Source: Paraspadella gotoi (lineage: Eukaryota; Animalia; Chaetognatha). From it: 64,000 bases of DNA. Every line of letters starts with the position of its first letter. The first letter of the stretch is position 1. This document shows positions 53,934-64,000 of the stretch, piece after piece. The notes beneath the pieces were generated by a model. That model was given only the letters and a program-made list of their open reading frames with translations, had not been told where the DNA came from and did not search any database. Location: positions 7,316,073-7,380,072 of the forward strand of contig CM119271.1 in assembly GCA_051294375.1 (NCBI GenBank). The letters run 5' to 3'. A program made the translations under genes and the position numbers.

Positions 53934-54155
53934 CTATTAATAAAAATCGTTGTTTGATCAATCTAAAACGTTTTCTATAAATATATATAAATATTCACGA
54001 GCAATTTTTCTTATACGTACATGTCGACACTAACAATATTTAGTCAGTCTGTCGGTCCGTCGGTCCGTCGGTCAATTTTTTTCGGTCACTCTTCCCATAA
54101 GCTTAGCAAAGATCCCTTAATTGCGAAACAAAAGCCACCCAGACGATTATGTCCT

Positions 54156-54213
<58 letters not shown>

Positions 54214-55676
54214 TCTCTCTCTCTCTCTGCTCTCTCTCTCTCTCTCTCTCCAAAAATGTGATAAACAGGAGGATAAATCTTCTTAAAAATCTTTTCCTCA
54301 AATCTTAAAATCTCATTCATCATTGTTCAGTCTTCCACGTCCTTTCTCTCTTCGCCCTCTCTCTCTCTCAACGGAGATAGAGAAGGAGTGGAGAGGGGAT
54401 GGGGGGACAGACAGAGAGGGAGTGGAAGATGGAACTTTGAATGATATTTCTTTTTTTGCGGTTATAACAACTCGAACTTATATCAAGTTAGTATGTAGGA
54501 CGCTCTGTCTGTATTACCTCTGTCCGGTTTGTACGTCAGAGTAGTAATATATTACTATATATAATATATATATATATATAATATATATAATATATATAAT
54601 ATATTACTACTGTCAGTCCCTATTTATTTTTTTTTTGCTTTCTTTCACGCAATATTATGATGAAAAAATTGTACTCGACCAATGAGAGAGTCTGAATTTA
54701 TTTCTTGCTTATTCTTCTCGAGTCGTTGAACCGATTTCGATTCCAAGGTTCTGATTCCTCTGCGATGTTATTGAATAGATTAAAAATAGTTACGTGGGAC
54801 GAAGGTGAACAATAAACTATTTTTATGACTGTCGAAAATAGATTTTTTTTTCGACTTTCATAATGAATCACGCTGTACATGTTATATACGATCGATTTAA
54901 ATGAAATAGATTTGAAATTGATTCTAAATGTTGAATAGTTTTTTAAAGACACCGTTATTCTGAACAAAATACATTTACTTTTATAGTTTCCACTTTCCAT
55001 TCTTGCATTTCGATCAAGTCGTCCCATTTTCTACGATTGTTTTGTAGTCGGGAAAAGCGACAAGTTCAACCCGACTATAAGTTTGACCCCTTCTGTTCTG
55101 ACCCGGTGGCTTATGACCATTAGGTGCTGTAATCGACCCCCCCAATATTAAATATCCTGCTGGAAGTGTGAGGACGTGGAAAACTCTCAAGCCTGGTTCC
55201 AAGCCCATAATGCCCTATGCAATGGACTTCTTACTCACCCCCTTAACGCAACTTACCATTAACTTTACATTACCTCACCGAAACTAAAGCCTTCGTGGCT
55301 GACTCTGATTCATGACATAAAAAATATTAAAAAAGGCGGATGTTATTCTCATTTCGGAATATTTTAAATAATTTTATAGCAGCAATTTCAAATTTACAAT
55401 ATTAAAACAAATAAAATCTTCGACTTCGAGGTAACTACTTATAAAGCTACATATTGCGCTTAGTCCACATTTCAATTGTCATTGGTCAAGAAAATCGACG
55501 AAACCTTCGTCTCGAAAACTTGAACGAAAAATGACTTCGCCAATTTTTTTTGCTTTTATATTCGTAGTGACTTTGAATTTGGGTACGTGAATATTATAGG
55601 TGTGGATAATATTTCAAATTGTATAATATCGCATCCTTTTTTAAACAAAATTATACTTTTAATATATTTAATATAG

Positions 55677-56514
55677 GTGGCGCTTGCAATTCGCCTACTA
55701 TTTGGCGCCCCGTGCTCGTAGTAACGAGCGGCAGGCTAGTCAATGTATTGAAGGCTGTGACCGAGGGTAAGTTTAATGAGTTAAAGAGTGGCAATGAAAC
55801 CTTTTCAAATCTAACCAACTCAAATTAAATCCTGCTTTAAAAAAGGTCAGGACCTGTACAGATTCGACGACAAATATTGGAATACGACCAAACCTCCGAT
55901 TCGTCCATTCGGATGGATGAACAGAACTTTCCTGGACAATTGGAAGAAATTCTTTGCCGACAGCGACAGGAAGGTCTTGGATTGTGAAAAGAATTAACAT
56001 AAAATTTATGAAAATAAAAGCATAGTGAATATAATGTATAAAATATAATTTATATTATTATACCAGTGACCCACAAGTACAGATACAGTATATAAAAAAA
56101 ATTGTATTTTTTTTTCTTTTTTTTTTTCATTAGTTCAATCAAATTTTATTATTACGCAGTTTTTTCATTTACCGGATCAGCGACCAATATTTATTTAAAA
56201 TAAAGCTTTTTATTGATTTACCCAAAATTAACCCCTAATAATTAGGCTAATTTTTATTCTTTCAGGTTAGGATCATCATCTGGAAATACGTAAAAAACGT
56301 AAAAAACGTTGTCATGGACATCTCCTTCGACGGCCGTGACAGCGACATCTTGAGCTGGTTCTCCAAGGAACGGATCCTCAGAGTCTACCCCGCCTCGCTG
56401 AACAAAAATGGGACCCTTATGAAGGACAAGCTAGGGATGGCAGATCTGCTTGCGATTTACGTCTCATGCCAAAAGGATTGCATATTTCCGGACCAAATAA
56501 CAAACTTTTCATAA
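55677..56514 (+). CDS. Three spliced exons (55677-55766, 55846-55973, 56266-~56514) of an uncharacterised invertebrate domain protein (partial gene)
   Basis: Phase-consistent junctions: TATAG|GT..GAGG|GTAAGT (phase 1), AAAAG|GT..AGGAAG|GTCTTG (phase 0, weak donor), TTTCAG|GTT. They give GACNSPTIWRPVLVVTSGRLVNVLKAVTEGQDLYRFDDKYWNTTKPPIRPFGWMNRTFLDNWKKFFADSDRKVRIIIWKYVKNVKNVVMDISFDGRDSDILSWFSKERILRVYP. The exons are GC islands in an AT-rich background. Confidence 0.6.
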
Positions 56515-56659
56515 TTTCTAGTTCTCTCAAAAAGATTTCTTTTTTCCTTCTATTACTAAATCGATTTTCAATGCAACTTTTTGAATTAGTTCTTTGGGTT
56601 GTTGCACTGAAGCTTTTAAATATTTATTAATATATAACAAATAACAATTTTTTTTTAAA

Positions 56660-56915
56660 TTGTATTTTTTAAGAACGGATTCCTATAGAGCTTGAAAAGT
56701 TAAATGAAGGTTAGTACTACAACTTTTTTTAAATTTTGACAATAACTTGGTTAAAAATATAAAAAACCTTAAAAAATCATCATCATCATCATCATTGGCA
56801 GAATTCTATGGTTTTTTTTAATTTTCATCAATAAAACAAAAAAATTCTATAAATTTGTATTAATAACCTTCATCTAAATTTTAAAGCTCTATCAGAATCT
56901 ATTAAAAAAATTGAA
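56660..56915. repeat. AT-rich inverted-repeat (MITE-like) element; relative at about 61745-61985
   Basis: GATTCCTATAGAGCTTGAAAAGTTAAATGAAGGTTA pairs imperfectly with TAACCTTCATCTAAATTTTAAAGCTCTATCAGAATC around a (CAT)n core, and the same layout recurs near 61.9 kb. Confidence 0.5.
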
Positions 56916-57239
56916 AAATTTAAAAAAAAATTTAACTTTATAAAGTAATAAAATAATCTTTAAATGCTTCCGTGCGCTAATTAATAAAAAAAAAATTTTT
57001 AAATTATTTTCATTTTCATATTCTCTAACAGTCACTTAACCATTATTTATTTGAGAGAACTTCTAGTTTTCAACCTGTTCCGGCAATGCAATGCATAATC
57101 TTTATTTGAGGCAACTCATTCAAAAAACAAGTTTGAGCAAACAATGTCGGATTGCCTACAATATTAAGCGGTAATCTGCTAATCAGATGATAAATCACAA
57201 TATTTTTTTTTAATTTTTTAACAACAATTTTATTAATTA

Positions 57240-57288
57240 ATAGTTGGACATGTTTTCGCTTGTTACTTCAAGCCTTCATCAGCATATG
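57240..57288 (-). ncRNA. Hammerhead motif, inverted copy at locus 2
   Basis: The minus strand reads CATATG-CTGATGA-A-GGCTTG(AAGTAA)CAAGC-GAAAA-CATGTC-CAACTA. Confidence 0.65.
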
Positions 57289-57427
57289 TTTCTCTCTCTC
57301 TCTCCTCTCTCTCTCTCTTTAACAACGTTTCACTTTTTTCACAACTCACTCAATCTGCCCTCACCTCAACCTGTCCTCACATCTGACCACTATTCTGTCT
57401 CACCACTTTGTTGGAAAAACTTTTACC

Positions 57428-57461
<34 letters not shown>

Positions 57462-57499
57462 CACTCTTCTTTTTACACAAAATTTATTATTGAATGTCA

Positions 57500-57547
57500 T
57501 ATGCTGATGAAGGCTTGAAGTAAACAAGCCGAAACATGTCCAACTAT
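57500..57547 (+). ncRNA. Minimal type I hammerhead ribozyme motif (canonical core)
   Basis: CTGATGA(57504-57510)-A-GGCTTG(AAGTAAA)CAAGCC-GAAA-CATGTC(57540). Helix II has 6 bp; helix I is weak or bulged (ATATG vs CA-AC-TAT). Confidence 0.75.
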
Positions 57548-57629
57548 TAATTAAAAAAATCGTTGTTTAAAATTCAAATTCTTTGCTTTCTCTAATACCA
57601 ATAAACAACGAAAAAGAAAGGATTATCGC

Positions 57630-58060
57630 ATCATTAAATTTTTTTTAACTTGCATTCATTTTTTTAAATTGCATCATTTTTGAACTCGTATAATTTTTTC
57701 CACGCACATAATTTTTCAAACTCATCATTTTTTCAATTTAATCTTTTTACAATTCGCATCATTTTTTTACTTGCATTATTTTTTCAACTCGCATCATTTT
57801 TTTCCACGCACATAATTTTTTCCAACTCAATCCTTTTTTCAATTGATATCATTTTTACAATTCGCATCATTTTTTTTAACTTGCATAATTTTTTTCAAAC
57901 TTGCAATCATTTTTTCAACCTTGCATCATTTTTTAAACTTGCATAATTTCTTCAACTTGCATCATTTTTCTCAACTTGCATATTTTTAACTTCATAATTT
58001 TTCAACTTGCATAATTTTTTAACTTTGCATAATTTTTTTAAATTGTATCATTTTTTCAAA
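57630..58060. repeat. Degenerate ~18-20-bp minisatellite (AACTTGCATAATTTTTTC)
   Basis: Repeated AACT(T/C)GCAT(A/C)ATTTTT units. Confidence 0.75.
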
Positions 58061-58334
58061 TTAATTAATTAATTAATTAATTAAAACATTTATTAGTAAT
58101 CATAAATAAAAAAGATTCAAGAAAATGTGAATTATGTTTTTCCATTTAACTTCATTTCCTAAGGCACAATTCCGTCAAAACTTTATATCTAGCTTCTTCA
58201 CACACTTTCCTTTTCAATCTATTAATTCAATATGAATTAATTTCGAGTAAATATTGTTAAAATAAGTAACATTGCCAGGACTATTAACAAGATGTGAAAA
58301 CAAAAAAGATTTAAGTAAATGTGACTCATATTTT

Positions 58335-58900
58335 TGTGGGCTGCTTATCAGCAGATCCCGACTCTAATAATTCACGTTTGTCGGTCCGTCGTCCGCCCCA
58401 CTCAATATTGTCGGGCAATCACTTATAATCATGTCAGAACATCGAATTATGATAAATTATGGCAAAAAAAAACGAATGTCCGTTCCGTTCGTCTGTCTGT
58501 CTGTCTGTCTGGTCTGTCTGGTCTGTCTGTCTGTGTCCATCGCGTCCGTGTCCGTCCGTCCATCCCACCTTAGCAAAAAACGCCCAATTACTCGTGTTGT
58601 ATGGATGGATTGAAATGAAATTTTTTGTGTGGGTAGGGAAGTGTGTGATTGAGCTGTATATGAAGTTCGAAGGAATTGTCGCCGAGTGGAAATGAGTTAA
58701 AATGGAAAAAACAAAAATATATTCCACTATTTGAACACAATTATTCATGGAGTTGGATAGGGCGATTGACTTGAAATTTTGTATGTTGAGTAGAAAAGTG
58801 TGTGATTAAACTGGATAAACAAGTTTCGATGGGAATTGTTTGAGTGGAAATGAGTTTAAATGGAAAAACCAAAGAACCTATTTCACTAATTGATTATGCT
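58335..58900 (+). mobile_element. HINE/DINE-1-like element with (GTCT/GTCC)n microsatellite and internal core repeats
   Basis: The terminal block CAGATCCCGACTCT...TTTGTCGGTCCGTC is followed by (GTCT)n at 58479-58560 and two ~150-bp GATTG..TGAAATTTT..GTGTGTGATT..GAGTGGAAATGAGTT repeats. Reverse-oriented relatives lie at 59318-59490 and 59940-60735. Confidence 0.6.
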
Positions 58901-59502
58901 TCTTTTTTATTTTTAATTTAAAAGATAAATGCAAATGTTATAATTAATCAAATAATTAATTAGTTAATTAATCAATTAGTCAATTAATTAATCAATAATT
59001 AATTAATCAATAATTAAATTAATCAATAATTAATTAATCAGTTAATTAATCAATCAAAACAAACATTTTGGATAAAATTAATTGCATAATTGCATAATTA
59101 ATATAATAAACTGAATAAATTAGTTATTAATTAATTAATTATTAATTAATCAATTAATTAATTAATTACGCGATAATGATCGTGGGCAGAATTCCGACTT
59201 GTTTTGCTCAAACTTGTTTAAAGAAAATTCAGCTAGCTGATTATATCTAATTTTTTAACTACTTTCCCAGACGATTATAGAAAAAAGAATCATAGAACCA
59301 GCTTAAGTTAATAATTGCATAATTTATCATAATTCGATGTTCTGACATGATATAAGTGAATGCCCGACAAGATTGAGGGGGCAGAACGACGGACCGACAA
59401 AGTGAATTATAGAGTCGGGATCTGCTGAAAGCAGATCTGACTAAAAACAAGTTTGAGCAAACAATGTCGGATCTGCCTATGATAATTAAGTGGTAATAAG
59501 CT

Positions 59503-59621
59503 AAATTGGTCAACTTGCATAATTTGGTCAACTGACATAATTTGGTCAACTGACATAATTTGGTTAACTGACATAATTTGATCTACTGACATAATTTGGT
59601 CAACTGACATAATTTGATCAA
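59503..59621. repeat. 18-bp minisatellite (AACTGACATAATTTGGTC) x~6
   Basis: Visible tandem units; these produce the MSVDQI repeats in ORF 59407-59610. Confidence 0.85.
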
Positions 59622-59939
59622 TTAAGATTTAATCCTTCGAGTCAGACGGACATTAATATTGGATCAACTGCAAAAGTATTTATCAACATTGGCCCTAATT
59701 TGGTTCAAACTCCGGCATAATTGCGCTTCATAACTGGCAGTTTTAATATTGCGTGCTACTTTCAAGAAATTTGGATTCAATCTCGGCCAATATTTTTGCA
59801 ATTGGCATTAATTTTGTTTCCAATCAATCAATCAAAATAAATCAAATTCAAATCCATCAATCAATCAATATAGAGACGAGATAAGAGAGAAGAGAACCTT
59901 TAAATAAATTCAAAGTAAATGTGATCTTTTGGTTTTTCT

Positions 59940-60735
59940 ATATCTTGCAACTCTATATTCCAACTCCTACCGATTCCATCAAAAAAATTTACTATCCACG
60001 CTCTTATCACACATTTACTTTCCTATACCCACACACGAAAATTCAATTACGTGTATCTCATCCAACCTTATTATTACAAATAACATAAAAATTATGACTA
60101 AATTTACAGTAAAAAATACTTCAAGTAATTGACTTTTGTTACTTTTCCATTTTAACTCATTTCCACTCGCACACGATTCATCGAAACTCATATTCCAGCT
60201 CAGATCACACACTTTCCTACCATCATAAACAAATTTCAATTCAATTTCCCTATTCCAACTCCATGAGCACGATTGGCGTTTCACATAGTGAAATAGATTT
60301 TTTTGTTTTTCCATTTAACCAAATTTCCACACTTGCACGATTCCTCGAAACTTCATATATCCATCTCAATCACCACAGTTTTCCTTACCACACACAAAAT
60401 TTCACTACCCAACTCCAATTCCATCCATATACACGAAAGTAATATGGAGTCTTTTTGCGCTATACAGGTGGGCAGGACGTCGACGTACTTTTGCGAGGGG
60501 CCAACGATGACAGGTCGCATACGAACGGAATATGAACGGACGACATATACTCACGGACATGCATTTTTTTATCGACATTCGAAATTTATCATAATTCGCA
60601 TGTCTCCTACACATGATATAAGTGATCGTGCCCTATAATAATCATGAACGGGGGGCGTACCAACAGACCGACAAAGTGACTATTATAGCGAGCTCGGCCG
60701 ACTGCATGACAAGAGCAAGATACTCGCGACTAAAA
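59940..60735 (-). mobile_element. Diverged reverse-oriented relative of the 58335-58900 element
   Basis: Contains AACTCATTTCCACTCG core repeats and a GACCGACAAAGTGACT...CGCGACTAAAAA end. Confidence 0.55.
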
Positions 60736-62198
60736 AAAATGCGGAACGCATTGCGAATAAAAAACATTTTGAAAGAAACAATCATGAAAAAGTTTAATAA
60801 GGCAATTATCAATTAGTAATTATCAATTTTGTGAATTGAAATAAAAATATTTGTAAACGATCGGAACTTAAATGTTTTATTTTCGCACGTCATCTATAAA
60901 TTAGGCATCATATAATTTTTTGTAGGATGAACAACACGACTCTGTACTACAGTCTGTAGATCTGTAATATAGACAGTGAGAGAGTCTTGATTGAAAGATC
61001 GAAGGGATCTGGTATGTCATTATGATCTCTTAAAATTTTAGTATTTTCGAAATGAAATGGATCATCATCATATTATTGACCAAATCCTAATTTAGATTTA
61101 TAAGTAAAAATAAATATTAAAAAGAAACCTTGTCAACCGTACTACAATCCGAAGATTTAAGGTTTTTGAATATCTCCTGCACGACTTCTTTATATTACTC
61201 GTGTCATTGACCGATATTCAATTAAATCCATCTGAGAATCTTTTAAAAACTTTTACATATACTTGTAAGCATAAGCCAAAATAAATGGAGACAGGATTAG
61301 ATCTCGTGACTTGAGAGGTCGGAGCCTCGATTGTTACCATTACGCCGTCGGACGTATATCATAAAGTTCAACATATTTAGTCAATTGATAACAAATTATT
61401 AATGTATTGTTCTTTTGTCTCTGTCTCTGCTTTCTCTCTGAATAAAGCTAAACCCCAAAACGTCGACCTTTTTATTCTAACGATAATAATCGTTTACAAG
61501 TGTAATACAAATTACAGAGAATGTAATGTTAAAATATCCGCTCGGTCAGGCATCCACATACTTATCAATTTTATCAAATCAGGGCCAAATTTTGTCAACG
61601 TGTGGGTCAAAAGTTTGATTTGGGAACCATCCCAATTGAAACTTCAAACATTTCTGAGAAAACTTTTAATGGACCAAAATTTTCTAAAATGGCTAGAAGC
61701 ACTAGTAATTATTTTTTTAATATTTATTTATAGATAGGAAATGTTAAGATTCAGATAGCTTATGAAAAGTTTTCTATTCAAAGTATAATTCATTTTTTCA
61801 ATATTTTGATGATAAATGGGTCAAAATTGGGAAAATCCTAAAAAAGTCATCCTCATCATCATCATCCGATAATTTTAATAGTTTTGGCTAATTTTCAATA
61901 ATAAAACATCAAAATTTTAAAAAGTTGTAATTACATTTTTTGCTTAAATTTTTTAGCTCTATCAGAATCAATTAAAAAAAAAATTTAAATATAAAAAAAA
62001 AAAATTTTGACATTATATAACAATATAATATTTTTAATTAACGAATTACTCATGGTTCGGAACATTTTTTTGCAAAAAAAGATATTTTAATCCAATAACT
62101 AATACCAATAATGGATTCGTTTATTGCTGTTCCCATTAAAATTTAAATTTGGTCGGCTACCGCAGATCAAAGTTCACCCCAAGTTTTTCTTCTCCCAG

Positions 62199-62440
62199 GT
62201 TGACTTCGCCATCTGGAAAAAAAAGGTTCCCCCGTCTTTTACATCGTCTTCAACGTCGGCGACAGCGACATCTTCAGCCGGTTCTCCGTGGAAAGTATTC
62301 TCAGAATTTACATCGGGCCGATGTAAATTCAGCCAATTCAGCATGAAGGGAGAAGAAAGATATGGTATGCATTTCTACGTCGACAAAAATTACGGCGGCT
62401 GCGACAAAGATTTCGGTTTTGTGATGGTCTTTAATAAGCT
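62199..62440 (+). pseudogene. Paralogous exon of the same domain family, frameshifted (pseudogene or read errors)
   Basis: After a TTCTCCCAG acceptor, and correcting indels, it reads VDFAIWKKKVP.LYIVFNVGDSDIFSRFSVESILRIY...QFSMKGEERYGMHFYVDKNYGGCDKDFGFVMV. This is similar to VRIIIWK...ISFDGRDSDILSWFSKERILRVY at 56266. Confidence 0.55.
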
Positions 62441-64000
62441 AATTAACGATTATAAATTAGCTATTTTATGATTTTAATTAAAAATATTGGTATACGATTG
62501 AAGGTTGGATGATTTATTTTCGTACCCGACTAATTAGGTAAGCAACGAATCATTTTTAGTAGCATGAGCAAGACGACTTTTTAGGTCTGTAACATATTTG
62601 TTAGCAAGTTTAGTCCAAATATTGTAAAATGGTTGCAAATGGTTATAAACGAAATAAATATTACTTTACTCTTCTAAACACGACATTGGTTATAAACGAA
62701 ATATATGTTACTCTACTCTACTAAACACGACATTGTCGTGAATCAGCTCGCCTTCTATCATATCGGCCTTTTCACATGTCACCCTCTACCATGTCGCCCT
62801 CTACCATGTCCGCCTCTCCCACGTCGGGCAAGTTGGCTGGGTTGATGGCCGACGTCGTCTCGGATGAGCAATTTTGAACGAGGACAATTTCCGAGCCGAG
62901 ATTTTCCAAGATTTCAAGGCTCGAGTGGCCAAAGCAGAGAGGGAATCGTCGTCGTCGTCGTCTTTGTTGTTGTTATTAATCGATCCGAAAGACCCTGATA
63001 TTCTGTCAGAGTCTTTGCGTTTGTCGTCATTTTAATCGGGAGAGAAGAGAGAGAGANNNNNNNNNNNNNNNNNNNNNNNNNNNNNNNNNNNNNNNNNNNN
63101 NNNNNNNNNNNNNNNNNNNNNNNNNNNNNNNNNNNNNNNNNNNNNNNNNNNNNNNNNNNNNNNNNNNNNNNNNNNNNNNNNNNNNNNNNNNNNNNNNNNN
63201 NNNNNNNCTAGAAAAAAAAACGGGTTCCGGGTCGGAAGTGTGGAACGCTAAACTGGAGCCATGGAAGAGTGGCGATGATAGAGAGTGATGCAGTTGTGAT
63301 AGAAGCGTGTTCACACAGTGAGTTGTGACATTTCCAGCGAGAATATGATACTGAAGTCTTTTTAAATCAGTTACAAAGTTGTTATTAAGAAATGATGATT
63401 AAAAAATGATTAAATTGATGAGCAAGTGATGATCAATCAAATGTGACCGAAAAGAGGAGTGAAACAGTGTTCTCTGAAACTCCTCAAAAATAAAAATTGT
63501 CACTTCTTATGAGCGAGGTTGAAAGATTATATATTTTAGAATAAAGTTTTTTTAAAAATGCTGAAATGAAATAATATATTGTAAAATGAGTTTCGGTTTG
63601 AGGTCCGATGGCATGAACGAAGTTGAAAGAACGTCTAGAAAATGAAATGAAGTTTGAAGAAGGAGGTGCGAAGGCGTCACATGCCAGTTTCGACACGTCG
63701 CCGTAAAACAGAGGACGTTTATTTAAAGCGCGTGGAGTCGTGGCGAACGCGGGTTTTTTTTTCGCCCCCGCGCTTTCTCGAAATTTATGGCGCGTGATTT
63801 CAAAAGTGGCAGGTGGATATGAAAGAGAAAAAAAAAAAGGGGGGGGGGATGAAGAGATGAACGAGAAGTGTGGCGAATGGCAAAAACTCGGCAGCGAAAT
63901 AGGGCAAAAATAAAAAGGATGGCAGTTGGGAAATGGCAGGCGGGGGATGTAGGCGAGAAAGGAAATGGCCGCTGGCGCCGACGAAACCGATGTTCTAAGA

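Larger units (their letters stand above)
53164..53978. mobile_element. Inverted-repeat element with hammerhead motifs (Penelope pLTR/retrozyme-like), locus 1
   Basis: 53164-53390 is the reverse complement of 53717-53978. Each arm carries a hammerhead motif followed by AATAAAAATCGTTG. Confidence 0.75.
57215..57572. mobile_element. Hammerhead-bearing inverted-repeat element, locus 2 (same family as locus 1)
   Basis: ~75-bp inverted arms at 57215-57288 and 57498-57572. The interior AACCTGTCCTCACATCTGACCACTATTCT...TGTTGGAAA...(CT)n matches 53718-53850. Confidence 0.75.

Noticed and set aside
54538-54612. Short hairpin with GTAGTAATATATT ends
   Set aside because: It is mostly (TA)n, which is self-complementary; there is too little information to call an element.
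59503-59621. CRISPR-like array
   Set aside because: It is a head-to-tail 18-bp minisatellite without unique spacers, in a eukaryotic context with no cas genes.
62760-63030. GC-rich block with a 15-bp repeat (ATGTCGCCCTCTACC), possible terminal exon
   Set aside because: No frame gives a recognisable protein, and the adjacent N gap prevents a gene model.

Overview
Eukaryotic (invertebrate metazoan-like) draft-assembly window: AT-rich, with many (GA)n/(GAC)n microsatellites, N gaps and indel-rich long-read-style sequence. Most ORF-track entries are spurious. The one clearly identifiable gene is a Tob/BTG (APRO family) gene on the minus strand. I reconstruct it from three phase-compatible coding exons, join(42156..41966, 41455..41268, 16482..14267), giving about 864 aa. 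Large inverted and tandem duplications (2.6-30.9 kb and 34.1-43.8 kb) add frameshifted copies of its exons and are most likely gap-filling or chimeric-read artefacts. The right part (52-64 kb) holds the most interesting signals: two inverted-repeat elements each carrying a pair of minimal type I hammerhead ribozyme motifs (Penelope pLTR/retrozyme-like), a ~595-bp palindrome whose arms contain inward-facing tRNA-like Pol III heads, HINE/DINE-1-like repeats, and exons of an uncharacterised invertebrate domain gene plus a paralogous exon. Further left are two CGGC-ended TIR elements with 6-bp target duplications (one exact, one degenerate). All calls were made by eye; no searches were run.
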